Source: Burkholderiaceae bacterium (lineage in GTDB: Bacteria; Pseudomonadota; Gammaproteobacteria; Burkholderiales; Burkholderiaceae_C). From it: a stretch of 34,768 nt of DNA. Location of the stretch: NCBI GenBank assembly GCA_035719405.1, contig DASTGE010000382.1, positions 1 to 34,768 of the forward strand. The letters run 5' to 3'. Position numbers and translations under genes: made by a program. The notes under the pieces were generated by a model, which saw only the letters and a list, made by a program, of their open reading frames with translations, had not been told where the DNA came from and searched no databases. Shown in pieces: positions 18,372-29,176 of the stretch (position 1 is its first letter; each line of letters starts with the position of its first letter).

Positions 18372-18773
18372 ATGGACCCTGTCGTGCATTTTGAATTCCC
18401 CTACCGCGACGCAGAGCGCATCGTACGTTTCTACTCGTCGACCTTCGGCTGGAAGACGAAGGCGCTCGGGCCGGAAATAGGCAACTATGTGCTTGCGACG
18501 ACAGCGGAGGCGGACGCAAGGCCCGGAGCTCCGGCAGGGGCGATCAACGGCGGCTTCTTTCCAGTCAAGCCCGACTGGCCTGCGCAGTATCCTTCCGTGG
18601 TGATCGGCGTGACCGACATGGTGGTTTCGATGCGTAAGGTCAGGGCGGCCGGCGGCGAGGTGCTGGGCGAGCCGATGCAGATTCCAGGCGTCGGGCTCTA
18701 CGTTTCGTTTCTAGATACCGAGGGCAACCGCAACAGCATGCTGCAGCCGGATACGCCGGAGCGCGGGAGCTGA
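18372..18773 (+). CDS. VOC/glyoxalase-bleomycin resistance family protein
   Basis: GAGGAG RBS; PVVHFE...FYSSTFGW, GAINGG, AAGGEVLGEPMQIPGVG.YVSFLDTEGNR. Confidence 0.9.
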   Translation: MDPVVHFEFPYRDAERIVRFYSSTFGWKTKALGPEIGNYVLATTAEADARPGAPAGAINGGFFPVKPDWPAQYPSVVIGVTDMVVSMRKVRAAGGEVLGEPMQIPGVGLYVSFLDTEGNRNSMLQPDTPERGS

Positions 18774-18889
18774 TCGCATCCGTTCGACTCTCGCGCAACG
18801 CGAGGAGGTTGCCTTACCTCGGCGCCTGGACGCCCGAGTAGATCACCGGGCCGCGGTCCCGCCAATCTCCGGCCCGCCCTGCCAGGACG

Positions 18890-19192
18890 TCAATCCAGCG
18901 ACGAAGGCGGTTCACGCCGGTGTGTCACTGCCGTGATCTCTGCATGCCAGGCTTCGCTCGACTCGCGCCTGCGACGCCTGTACGGACGCATGATCAACCA
19001 ATAGGCCAGAGGTGCAGCGGGTGCGAATGCGAGCCACGGTGGCGCGCTGACCGCCCAATGAAAGGCCCAAGCGACTGCCGCGGCGATGCCGACGGCCGCC
19101 GGTGCACCAAGTTCCCGGGCCACCCGATAAGCAGCCATCGCCAACTCGTACTCGCGTTCCCTGGCACTGTAGTCAGGAGGCAGATCGTTCAC
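18890..19192 (-). CDS. Small hypothetical membrane protein (two TM segments, Arg-rich tail)
   Basis: GAGGGGG RBS before GTG; two hydrophobic segments followed by RPYRRRRRE. Confidence 0.55.
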   Translation of the reverse strand: MNDLPPDYSAREREYELAMAAYRVARELGAPAAVGIAAAVAWAFHWAVSAPPWLAFAPAAPLAYWLIMRPYRRRRRESSEAWHAEITAVTHRREPPSSLD

Positions 19193-19325
19193 TATTCCCC
19201 CTCGAATGCCCCGTCAATTCGCCCCGTCGCCCAAAAGGCGCGGAAATGTTAGTGCGTGTCCTCACGCCCGTAAGCCTGAGCGCGCGTGGCACCAGTCCAA
19301 CCGTGATTAACCGCGCAAAAAGGCC

Positions 19326-19485
19326 GTGCCGGCGCGGGTTCCTGAAGGGCAAGGGGTGCCGGGTATCCCCGTTCGATGCAGCCGTGTGGATGCGCGCGGG
19401 CCGCAGAAGTTCTGCGCGTTCCTCAATGAGGAGGTGGCGCGTTGGGCAAGGGTCATCAAGGCCCGCGGACATCCGACCCGGTTGA
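19326..19485 (+). pseudogene. Frameshifted C-terminal fragment of a Bug/TctC tripartite tricarboxylate transporter binding protein
   Basis: Pieces in alternating frames read EGQGVPG / PFDAAVW / KFCAFLNEEVARWARVIKA / ADIRPG-stop, the typical Bug C-terminus. Confidence 0.6.
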
Positions 19486-19526
19486 GCTATTGCCTGGTTT
19501 CCGATCGGCTCCGGACCCCTCCGTCG

Positions 19527-19874
19527 CTATTCGGCGTTTGCCTGTTTGCGCGGCACGCCGACGCTGACCCGGTCGCTTGTCTGGGGATAGCGATAGATCG
19601 TGTCATTGAGGTGGCGGGCCACCTCGGCGATGTCTTCCTCGCTCCAGCGCAGACCCTGCGTCGCTTGCCACTGGCGGACCTGCGCCTTGAGGCTGTCCCA
19701 GTCAGTCGCCTGCCGCTTGTCGCGCCAGTGCATCTGTTCCGTATGGCAGCCGATGCAATGAGTGGTGTAAAGGAGCTCACCCCGCGTGCGCGGCTGCGCC
19801 GTTTGCGCGGCGGCAGTCGCACATGCAGTGGCGAGAACCGCCGGCAGCAGGGTTCGCAATTGCAGCGTCTTCAT
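19527..19874 (-). CDS. Small periplasmic monoheme c-type cytochrome
   Basis: Signal peptide, RGELLYTTHCIGCH (CxxCH), WSEEDIAEVARHLN; GGAG RBS before ATG 19874. Confidence 0.88.
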   Translation of the reverse strand: MKTLQLRTLLPAVLATACATAAAQTAQPRTRGELLYTTHCIGCHTEQMHWRDKRQATDWDSLKAQVRQWQATQGLRWSEEDIAEVARHLNDTIYRYPQTSDRVSVGVPRKQANAE

Positions 19875-20078
19875 TTTGCTCTCCAGCGCAGGTCCGACAG
19901 CGACCCGGGTCGCCATCCTGATCGCACGCTCGGGCGGGAAGCTTCGTTGACATGATGGCCGTACAGCCACGCAAAAAATGGTGACGAACGGTTCGTGCGG
20001 TGCAGGCTCCTACCCACGAACCCGAATCAGGAAGCGACAGAGAGTAACGCCGGGTGGGCTTGATGTCATTGGTCATCG

Positions 20079-20665
20079 CTACCGCCTCGGGTCCAGGCGC
20101 CTGAATGCATAGGCACCCAGCACCGCGGTAAACCCGCCACCATCGCCACGATCCACCAGAAGCCATGCGGGTGCCGGGTCAGCGGCACGCCGCCGACGTT
20201 CATTCCGAGCAGCCCGGCCACGAGGTTGATCGGCAATGCGAGCACGGTCACCATCGTCAGCAGAAAGATGCTGCGGTTGTTCTCCTCCGCCACGCGAGAC
20301 GCGGCTTTTTCCTGCAGCAGCTTGATGCGCTCCTGCAGTGTGGCAATGTCGCGCAATACCACGCCGAATTCATCGCTGGTACGCCGCGACTCGCGGTCAC
20401 GCTCGATTCGGGTGGAGCGCGATCCTTGATGCAGCGCGTCCCAGAAATCCTGCGGAAGCCGAATATTGGCTTCGAGCCAAGGCTCGGCCGCCGCGTGGGA
20501 GAGGTTGAAGTGAAACCACGCGAAGGAGCCGGGGGCCGGACGGCCTTCATCGGCCAGCCATGCGAGCGCTTCCTCGGCCGTCAATGCGCGCCCCGGTTCA
20601 TTGGGTGTGAAAAGGTAGCCGCACACCAGGCCGTTGTCATCGGCGCCGTAGCTCGAAGCGGTCAT
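20079..20665 (-). pseudogene. CorA/ZntB-family divalent cation transporter with a large internal deletion and a 3' frameshift
   Basis: N-terminus WFHFNLSH...GSRSTRIE joins directly to the stalk helix LQERIKLLQE and the GMN signature (LLGMNVGG). About 195 codons against the usual >300. The last TM continues FTAVLGAYAFRRL only after a one-base shift near 20131. Confidence 0.75.
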
Positions 20666-20790
20666 GGAGAGGTCGCGTCTCATGGGGTGGAGCTTGGCAT
20701 ACTCGGATGTGACTTTGCAGTCTGCCGTGGATCTGTCGACAACCGATTGCAATCAACACGAAACAAAGCGCTTGCAAGAGGGGCAGCAGC

Positions 20791-22377
20791 GTGAATGAAC
20801 TGGAGCTGAAGTTACGGCTTCCGGAGGACGGGCGCGAGCGGCTGCTGGCCGATCTGCGTCGTGGGCAGGTGGAGCGCGTGCGGCTCGCCGCTCGCTACTT
20901 CGATACCTCCGACTGGCTGCTCGCACGTCACGCCATCGCGCTGCGATTGCGACGTGAGGGTCGGCATTGGGTGCAGACGCTGAAGGCCGCAGGTGAATCG
21001 GTGGTCGAGCGGCTCGAACACAACGCCGATGCCGGCTTCGCCAAGGGCGGCGTCACGCCTGCGCTCGACATTTCCCTGCACGACGGTACCCCCGTCGGCG
21101 AACGGCTCAAAGCCTTGGTGCAGGAGGCCGCGGCGGACGGCACGGAGCCCGTGCTGGTCGAGATGTATGCCACCGACGTCGTGCGCACGCTGCGTGAGCT
21201 TCGTGCCAACGGGGGACGTGTCGAAGTGGCGTTCGACGAAGGCACGATCCTCGCGGGCGCCCGCCAGCGGCCGGTATGCGAGCTGGAGCTGGAGCTGAAG
21301 GCAGGCCGCCCTGACGCCCTGTTCAGCCTCGCCGAACGCTGGCTGGTGCGGCACCGCTTGTGGCTCGACGTGGTGCCCAAGAGCGAGCGGGGCCGCCTTC
21401 TTGCGACGGGGCACGATGCGCTCGATGCGGTGCGCGCGCAGGCCCCCCGGCTCGACCGCGCCATGGACGGCGAGGCGCTGCTGCGTGCGGTCGTTGCGAG
21501 TTGTCTTGCACAGGTCCTGCCCAATGCGAGCGAAGTCGCTGCCGGAAGCCAGGATGAGGAACATGTGCACCAGCTTCGGGTCGGCATCCGCAGGCTGCGC
21601 ACGGCGCTGCGCGAGTTGGGCGAGTTTTCGTCGGCGGTCAATGCCGATTGGGAGCCGCCTCTGGTCGAGGCGTTTCGCGCCTTGGGCGGTATTCGCGATC
21701 AGCAGGCGATCGCACGGTCCATCGAGCCCGAGCTGGCTGCTGCCGGTGCGCCAGATCCGAGCTGGCCGGCGACGGCAGGCACCAGGGAATCACCCGCCGA
21801 TCTCGTTCGGGACGCTTCGTTCCAGCAGGTGCTGCTCGCGTTGCTGGCGTTCGTCCATCGCAGTCCCGATGCGGACCCGACTTCGAATGCACCCGCGACC
21901 AATGCCGCCGGCCCTGCAGACGCAGATTCGAACGTCGGCAGCAATGACGGCTCGACGAGCGGCGGCGACGGCGTGCATCAGGTGCTGCGGCGGCGATTGA
22001 AGCGTCTTCATCGAAGTGTCGAGCGTGACGGTGCCCGCTTCGACAAGCTGGCGCCGGAGGAACAGCACCGCACGCGCAAGCGGCTGAAGCGGCTGCGCTA
22101 CCTGGCGGAGTTTGTCACGAGCCTGTTCGATTCACGCGATGTCCGCCGCTATCTTGCTCGGCTGAAGCCCGCGCAGGACGCGCTCGGAAAGCTCAACGAC
22201 CATGCCGTCGCCTTGCAGGTCTATCGCGATGCCGCTGCGCATCACGCGCCGGCGTGGTTCGCTGTGGGATGGCTGACAGCCCGGCGGGACGGGTTGGTGC
22301 AGGCTTGCAAGCGGGCGCTCGATGATGCGGCCGATGCACCACGATTCTGGCGCAAGGGCAAGCGCAAGTCGGGATAG
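20791..22377 (+). CDS. CYTH plus CHAD domain protein (YgiF-like inorganic triphosphatase)
   Basis: ELELKL, YFDT, ALRLR, WVQTLK, ELELELK (CYTH); HQLRVGIRRLRT, HRTRKRLKRLRY, QDALGKLND (CHAD). Confidence 0.93.
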   Translation: MNELELKLRLPEDGRERLLADLRRGQVERVRLAARYFDTSDWLLARHAIALRLRREGRHWVQTLKAAGESVVERLEHNADAGFAKGGVTPALDISLHDGTPVGERLKALVQEAAADGTEPVLVEMYATDVVRTLRELRANGGRVEVAFDEGTILAGARQRPVCELELELKAGRPDALFSLAERWLVRHRLWLDVVPKSERGRLLATGHDALDAVRAQAPRLDRAMDGEALLRAVVASCLAQVLPNASEVAAGSQDEEHVHQLRVGIRRLRTALRELGEFSSAVNADWEPPLVEAFRALGGIRDQQAIARSIEPELAAAGAPDPSWPATAGTRESPADLVRDASFQQVLLALLAFVHRSPDADPTSNAPATNAAGPADADSNVGSNDGSTSGGDGVHQVLRRRLKRLHRSVERDGARFDKLAPEEQHRTRKRLKRLRYLAEFVTSLFDSRDVRRYLARLKPAQDALGKLNDHAVALQVYRDAAAHHAPAWFAVGWLTARRDGLVQACKRALDDAADAPRFWRKGKRKSG

Positions 22378-22402
22378 GAGCGGGATAGGAGCGGGATAGG
22401 AG
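22370..22402 (+). repeat. Perfect tandem repeat, 3 x 11 bp (CGGGATAGGAG)
   Basis: Units at 22370-22380, 22381-22391 and 22392-22402; the first contains the TAG stop of the CYTH-CHAD gene. Confidence 0.95.
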
Positions 22403-22434
22403 CCCTCACGCGGCGTGCGAAGCGGGCGGCGCGA

Positions 22435-22468
22435 ACACCCGATGCGGCATCGAGGTGTCGTATGTTTT
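22435..22468 (+). terminator. Possible intrinsic terminator between convergent genes
   Basis: ACACCCGATG/CATCG(A)GGTGT stem with one bulge, followed by CGTATGTTTT. Confidence 0.35.
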
Positions 22469-23238
22469 CACCGCACGATCTTGTCGGCGTTCTCGGCGCG
22501 ATCGAGGCCCTTTGCCTCTTCGAATCCCTTGACGTCGCGCAGGATGGTGCCCGACAGGTCGGCTTCTGTGAAGTCTGCGCCGCTGATGTCCGCGCCGGTC
22601 AGGTCGGCGCCCATAAGCTTGACGCGGAAGAAATTGACGCCGCGCAGGTTGCTGTCCTTGAGATTGCTGAAGGACATGAGCGAGCGGTTGAAATCAGCGC
22701 CGGCGAGCGTCGCGCCGGACAGGTTGGCGCCGGAAAGGTCGGTCCGCATCTGGCCCATGCCCTGGTTGCGGATGTTCACGCCTACCATCGCACGAGTCAG
22801 GTTCGCGCCGGAGAGATCAGCGCCTGCCAGCTCGGCGATCATCTTGACGCCAGTCATGTTGGCGCCTGCGAAGATGGGCTTCTTCTTGACCTCGCCGCCC
22901 AGGATCACGACCGACAGCAGGCTTGCCCCTTCCAGATTGGCGCCCGAGAAGTCCGTGCCCATCAGCCAGGCACCATTGAGATTGGCGCCTTGCAGGTCGG
23001 CGCCGCGAAAGTCCGCCTGCACGAGTTTGCTGCCGAAGAAGCTCACGTTGCGAAGGCGGCCGCCTCGGAAGTCCAATCCGCTCAGGTCGAGATCGGAAAG
23101 GTCTTTCCCGGTCAGGTCAGCGGGGGGCGAGTGCCTGATCGCTTCGCGGACCTGATCGGCCGAGAAATCTGCCGCCGTGGCGGTTTGGAGCAGGGCGAGC
23201 AGTGAGGCCATCGCCATGCAGGCGCGACGTTGTGTCAT
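22468..23238 (-). CDS. Secreted pentapeptide-repeat protein
   Basis: Signal peptide (LLQTATA), continuous A(D/N)LxG repeats, insert IRNQGMGQMRT. ATG 23238 preferred. Confidence 0.9.
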   Translation of the reverse strand: MTQRRACMAMASLLALLQTATAADFSADQVREAIRHSPPADLTGKDLSDLDLSGLDFRGGRLRNVSFFGSKLVQADFRGADLQGANLNGAWLMGTDFSGANLEGASLLSVVILGGEVKKKPIFAGANMTGVKMIAELAGADLSGANLTRAMVGVNIRNQGMGQMRTDLSGANLSGATLAGADFNRSLMSFSNLKDSNLRGVNFFRVKLMGADLTGADISGADFTEADLSGTILRDVKGFEEAKGLDRAENADKIVR

Positions 23239-23382
23239 CGTCCATCGACCTGATGAATTCGGGGCAAGGCAAAGGATGGCCTCGTCGAAAGGTGCAGGAC
23301 ATTGTCGAAGACCCTTACCGGCTTCGAGTTGGACTGATGGCAACCGATCCATCCGCCCAGGCTCCTGGGTCGGGACGCTTCT

Positions 23383-24213
23383 TCACGCGCGTCTGTTTTC
23401 CTCGCTGGGTGACCGAATACCGGCCTTGCTCAGGGGTAGAAGATTCTGAACGATCTGTTTCGGATCGTCGCCCGCGCTCACGATGGCGTCCCTGACTTCG
23501 GGTGCGCACTGGCCTGTCTTGTAGTCGCTAAGGTAGTCGATGACCCTTACCCCATGGGCGCCAAGATCAATTTCAGGGGTGTCTTCATCGGCTTGATTCA
23601 TGGCGATCATCAAGGCCTCCGTACACACGTCGGATTTCTCGCGTTCTGCTTTGATGGCCTCCAACAGATTTTCCACGATCTTCTGTGCGTCATTGCCTGC
23701 CTTTCGGATTTGCTCTGCCATATCCGGGGAGGCGATACCTTCACGATAATCGTGCAAGTGGTCCAGGATCCGCCGCGCATTGGCACCGATTTGCTCGTTG
23801 ATGTCCGGGTTGGAATCCGCTTCCGATGCAATTTGTGTGGCCTTGAGGCATGCGATCAAGTGGTTCATTTCCTCGGCTTCAAAACGCCGGGAATGCTCGA
23901 TCGGGCTGGTGGAGTTGGACCTGAAGGCCGGATGTCGGTTCGCCTCCGCAGAAAGTTCCTCCAGTTCGTCGAAAGTGACAAGCGATCTGGCGCCTGACAT
24001 GGAAGACCTGCGCGACGGTGATGGGGAAAGCGCGTTTCCGCGGGGGGACAAGCTGTTGCGTCCGGACGATCCTCGTGCACGAAGGTCGCCAGCCGTCGGC
24101 GTGGTTGCGCCTGAGGAAATGTATCCCTGACTTGTGGAATCAGAGGAATCTTCACTGCGCGGGCTTTCGCATCGTGCGCGTCGAAAGCAATTGAAGAATC
24201 GAAGAGGGTTCAT
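23383..24213 (-). CDS. Orphan protein (276 aa) with a Ser-rich N-terminus and duplicated helical domain; type III effector-like
   Basis: Open frame in visibly AT-richer DNA filling the gap between the pentapeptide gene and cbbR. An internal 43-aa repeat supports real coding. ATG 24213 avoids overlap with cbbR. Confidence 0.7.
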   Translation of the reverse strand: MNPLRFFNCFRRARCESPRSEDSSDSTSQGYISSGATTPTAGDLRARGSSGRNSLSPRGNALSPSPSRRSSMSGARSLVTFDELEELSAEANRHPAFRSNSTSPIEHSRRFEAEEMNHLIACLKATQIASEADSNPDINEQIGANARRILDHLHDYREGIASPDMAEQIRKAGNDAQKIVENLLEAIKAEREKSDVCTEALMIAMNQADEDTPEIDLGAHGVRVIDYLSDYKTGQCAPEVRDAIVSAGDDPKQIVQNLLPLSKAGIRSPSEENRRA

Positions 24214-24439
24214 GAGTCGGTTTGCCGTTTGAGTTGAAGTGCAAGGTGTGGCAAGACCAGGCAGATCTCCTGAGCATAGATGCGGGTGCCGCGCGTAATC
24301 ACTAAACGTGACTGTAGGGGGCTCGCGCGTCGAACTGCGGGTAAATGCAGAAGGAACGGCCAGAAAAGCCGAAGATGCCGTCGAGGCACCCCGCAACGCA
24401 GGGGTCGGGCGAGAAGTTTGCGGGCGCGTCATCCGCACC

Positions 24440-25363
24440 TCATCCCGGATCCTCCGAGAACATGCTCGACAACGCCGCCTCCGCCCGTTCCAGCATGAAG
24501 TAGCGGAACGCTTCCGCCGCTGGCGACAGGGTGCGCGAGACACTGCGGACCAGCTGCCAGCGCCGCATGAGCGGGAGTCCCTCCACAGGGGGGGCCGCGA
24601 TCAAGCCTTCGCGCCATTCGATCCCGATCGTGTGCAGCGAGACCAGGCTGATGCCCAGTCCCGCCATCACCACCTGCTTGATCGCCTCGTCGCTCGGCAT
24701 CTCCATGATGAACATCGGCTGCACGTGATGTGCGGCAAGGTATTCCTCGAGCGCTGCGCGGGTGCCCGAGCCCGGCTCGCGCACGATGAACCCCTCGCGT
24801 GCCAGCGAGGCCGCGGCGACGCTTTCCGATTGCGCGAACGGATGGCTCATCGAGGTGACGAGCACATGCGGATGCATCGCGAAGGGCTCGGAACGATTGG
24901 GCCATTCCTTGGGTGCGCGGCCCATAACGGCCATGTCGACCTCATTGGCCTGCAACATGGCCACCAGCTGCGTGCGATTGCCCATGCGCAGCCGCACATC
25001 CACCCCCGGGTGCTCGGTGTGGAATTGCGCCATCAGCCTGGGCAGGAAGTAGCTGGCGGCGCTCACCATGCCGATGACCAGTGCGCCGCCCTCGACGCCG
25101 CGCAACCGCGCCATCGCATCGTCGGCTTCCTTCAGCGTCGCCAGCAAGCGCCGCGCGTAGAAAAGGAAGTATTCGCCCGCCGTCGACAGCGACAGCCGCC
25201 GCCCGGAGCGATCGAACAGCGGCAGTCCCACCTGGCCCTCGATCTCCTTGATCTGCATCGATATCGCCGGCGGTGTGAGGTGCAGGTGTTCGGCCGCGCC
25301 CTGGACGCTGCCCAACCGCGCGACCTCCGTGAAAACCCGAAGCTGGCGGAAGGTGACGTTCAT
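24440..25363 (-). CDS. cbbR: LysR-type regulator of the cbb operon
   Basis: TFRQLRVF...AAEHLHLTPPAISMQIK HTH, REPGSGTR, IKQVVMAGLGIS; divergent from cbbL. Confidence 0.95.
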   Translation of the reverse strand: MNVTFRQLRVFTEVARLGSVQGAAEHLHLTPPAISMQIKEIEGQVGLPLFDRSGRRLSLSTAGEYFLFYARRLLATLKEADDAMARLRGVEGGALVIGMVSAASYFLPRLMAQFHTEHPGVDVRLRMGNRTQLVAMLQANEVDMAVMGRAPKEWPNRSEPFAMHPHVLVTSMSHPFAQSESVAAASLAREGFIVREPGSGTRAALEEYLAAHHVQPMFIMEMPSDEAIKQVVMAGLGISLVSLHTIGIEWREGLIAAPPVEGLPLMRRWQLVRSVSRTLSPAAEAFRYFMLERAEAALSSMFSEDPG

Positions 25364-26979
<1,616 letters not shown>

Positions 26980-26997
26980 CACAGGAGACCGATCGCC

Positions 26998-27438
26998 ATG
27001 ATGACCAACCCGACCGGACGATTGACGCAGGGACAATTCAGCTTCCTGCCCGACCTCACGGATTCCGAGATCGCGATGCAGATCGACTACGGCCTGCGCA
27101 AGGGCTATGCGTGGAGCGTGGAATACACCGACGACCCGCATCCGCGCAACACGTACTGGGAGATGCACGGCATGCCGATGTTCGATCTCCAGGATGCGGC
27201 GGGTGTGATGCTGGAGTTGCAAGCCTCCCGGCGCACGTTTCCGGGACATTACATCCGGCTGGTGGCGTTCGATGCGACACGGGGCGTGGAGTCGATTGCG
27301 ATGAGTTTCATCGTCAACCGGCCGCCGACGGAGCCGGGGTTCGGGTTGGTGCGGCAGGAGTGTGCGGGAAGGTCGATTCGATATACCGTGCGGGGGTATG
27401 AGGCGGAAAGGCCGGAGGCGGAGAGATATGCGGGGTGA
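26998..27438 (+). CDS. cbbS: RuBisCO small subunit, red-type
   Basis: RLTQGQFSFLPDL, EYTDDPHPRNTYWEM, SFIVNRP, plus the red-type C-terminal hairpin extension (EPGF.LVRQE..GRSIRY). Confidence 0.98.
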   Translation: MMTNPTGRLTQGQFSFLPDLTDSEIAMQIDYGLRKGYAWSVEYTDDPHPRNTYWEMHGMPMFDLQDAAGVMLELQASRRTFPGHYIRLVAFDATRGVESIAMSFIVNRPPTEPGFGLVRQECAGRSIRYTVRGYEAERPEAERYAG

Positions 27439-27468
27439 GGGGGGCAACGCAATCGGACATGCACCACT

Positions 27469-28431
27469 ATGAGCGCCCAGCCCCTTTACTCCATCCCCGG
27501 TTCCGCGCCACGAGCCGCCCCACCGGAGCCGACTCCCACCCCCCGCACCGTCAACGACGTCCTCTCGCAAAGCCAGGTCGAATCCGTCATCGACGAACTC
27601 GATCGCGACCTGGTCGGCCTCCGTCCCGTGAAGCAGCGCATCCGCGACATCGCTGCCCTTCTGGTGATCGACAAGCTTCGCATCACTCAAGGGCTGGCCG
27701 CACAAACGCCTTCGCTGCATATGTGCTTCACGGGCAACCCCGGTACGGGCAAGACGACGGTGGCCATGCGGATGGCGCAAATCCTGCACCGCCTAGGCTA
27801 TGTGCGCAAAGGTCATCTCGTGGCCGTGACTCGCGACGACCTGGTGGGCCAGTACATCGGCCATACGGCACCGAAGACGCGCGAGGTGCTGAAGAAGGCG
27901 ATGGGCGGCGTGCTGTTCATCGACGAGGCGTACTACCTCTATCGGCCCGAGAACGAGCGCGACTATGGGCAGGAGGCGATCGAGATCCTGCTGCAGGTGA
28001 TGGAGAACCAGCGGGACGATCTGGTCGTCATCCTTGCCGGTTATAAGGATCGCATGGACACTTTTTTCCAATCGAACCCTGGCATGAGCTCGCGCATCGC
28101 ACATCACCTGGACTTCCCCGACTACGCCCCCGACGAGCTGTTGAGCATTGCAGAACGCATGCTGGCCGCGCAGAACTATCGCTTCGGCGAGGGCGCGCGC
28201 GAGGTCTTTGACGACTACCTTGGCTTGCGCATCCGCCAACCCCATTTCGCCAATGCCCGAAGTGTGCGAAATGCGCTCGACCGTGCCCGGCTGCGGCAGG
28301 CGAGCCGGCTGTTCAGCGACCGCGAGCGTGAACTCACGCGTGACGACCTCACCACGATCTCGGTCGCCGACATCCGCGCCAGCCGCGTATTCGGCAATCC
28401 CGTTGCGACCGGGGTGGAGGGCCTGCAATGA
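27469..28431 (+). CDS. cbbX: Red-type RuBisCO activase (AAA+)
   Basis: [48 protein letters not shown]. Confidence 0.97.
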   Translation: MSAQPLYSIPGSAPRAAPPEPTPTPRTVNDVLSQSQVESVIDELDRDLVGLRPVKQRIRDIAALLVIDKLRITQGLAAQTPSLHMCFTGNPGTGKTTVAMRMAQILHRLGYVRKGHLVAVTRDDLVGQYIGHTAPKTREVLKKAMGGVLFIDEAYYLYRPENERDYGQEAIEILLQVMENQRDDLVVILAGYKDRMDTFFQSNPGMSSRIAHHLDFPDYAPDELLSIAERMLAAQNYRFGEGAREVFDDYLGLRIRQPHFANARSVRNALDRARLRQASRLFSDRERELTRDDLTTISVADIRASRVFGNPVATGVEGLQ

Positions 28432-29168
28432 CACTGCGCGCATTGATCTTCGACGTCGACGGCACGCTGGCCGACACCGAGCATGCACACCTGGACGCCT
28501 TCAATGCGGCATTTGCGGAAGCCGGGCTCAGCTGGCACTGGGATGTGCCGCTGTACACGCGGCTGCTGGAAGTGTCGGGCGGCAAGGAGCGCATCGTCCA
28601 CTACTGGAACGAGGTGCGCGGCAATGTGAAGTCCATCGAAGCCCGCGCGCTCGAAGACACGGTCCAGCACGTGCACGACCTGAAGACCGCGTTCTACGAG
28701 CGGATGGTGAACGAGGGCCTGGTGCATTTGAGGCCCGGCGTGCTCGCGCTGATCGAAGCGGGGCATGCGGCCGGCCTCTCGCTGGCCATCGCGACGACCA
28801 CCTCGCCCGTCAACGTGTCGGCGTTGCTCGCGCGTGCGATCGGGCCTGATTGGCGCTATCGATTCCATGTCATCGAAGACGGCTCGACCGCCCCCTTGAA
28901 GAAGCCGCGCCCGCAGGTGTACCTCCAGACGCTGCAGCGGCTCGGCTTCGAGGCGGGAGCCTGCCTCGCCCTGGAGGACTCCGCCAACGGACTGAAGGCT
29001 GCGCGTGGAGCGGGATTGCCCGTCATCGTCACGCCCAACGAGTTCACCGCGCACCACGATTTCGGCGGCGCAGCGTGCGTCCTGCAAAGCCTGCAGGGCG
29101 TCACCATCGCCGATCTGCGCCAATGGCACGCGACTGCCTTGCGCCAGGCGTCCGTCACGATCGAGTGA
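28428..29168 (+). CDS. cbbY: HAD-family xylulose-1,5-bisphosphate phosphatase
   Basis: [28 protein letters not shown]; ATGA overlap with cbbX. Confidence 0.92.
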   Translation: MTLRALIFDVDGTLADTEHAHLDAFNAAFAEAGLSWHWDVPLYTRLLEVSGGKERIVHYWNEVRGNVKSIEARALEDTVQHVHDLKTAFYERMVNEGLVHLRPGVLALIEAGHAAGLSLAIATTTSPVNVSALLARAIGPDWRYRFHVIEDGSTAPLKKPRPQVYLQTLQRLGFEAGACLALEDSANGLKAARGAGLPVIVTPNEFTAHHDFGGAACVLQSLQGVTIADLRQWHATALRQASVTIE

Positions 29169-29176
29169 GGATCATC

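Noticed and set aside
18890-19192. Possible PEP-CTERM substrate (TM plus Arg cluster)
   Set aside because: No Pro-Glu-Pro motif before the TM, no signal peptide, and the basic cluster is not C-terminal. No exosortase or PEP-CTERM protein was found in this window.
19326-19955. 209-aa plus-strand ORF
   Set aside because: Chimera of a Bug fragment and the antisense strand of the cytochrome c gene.
20060-20075. FNR-like site TTGATGTCATTGGTCA
   Set aside because: The second half-site does not match ATCAA at N4 spacing.
22370-22402. Possible CRISPR array
   Set aside because: 11-bp units with no spacers and no cas genes in the window.
24214-24543. 110-aa N-terminal extension of the orphan ORF
   Set aside because: Overlaps the cbbR 3' end and the likely promoter; ATG 24213 is preferred.
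28850-29176. N-terminal extension of the cbbF ORF, and 29425-30255 as a separate gene
   Set aside because: The extension overlaps cbbY out of frame; the two ORFs are halves of one frameshifted gene.
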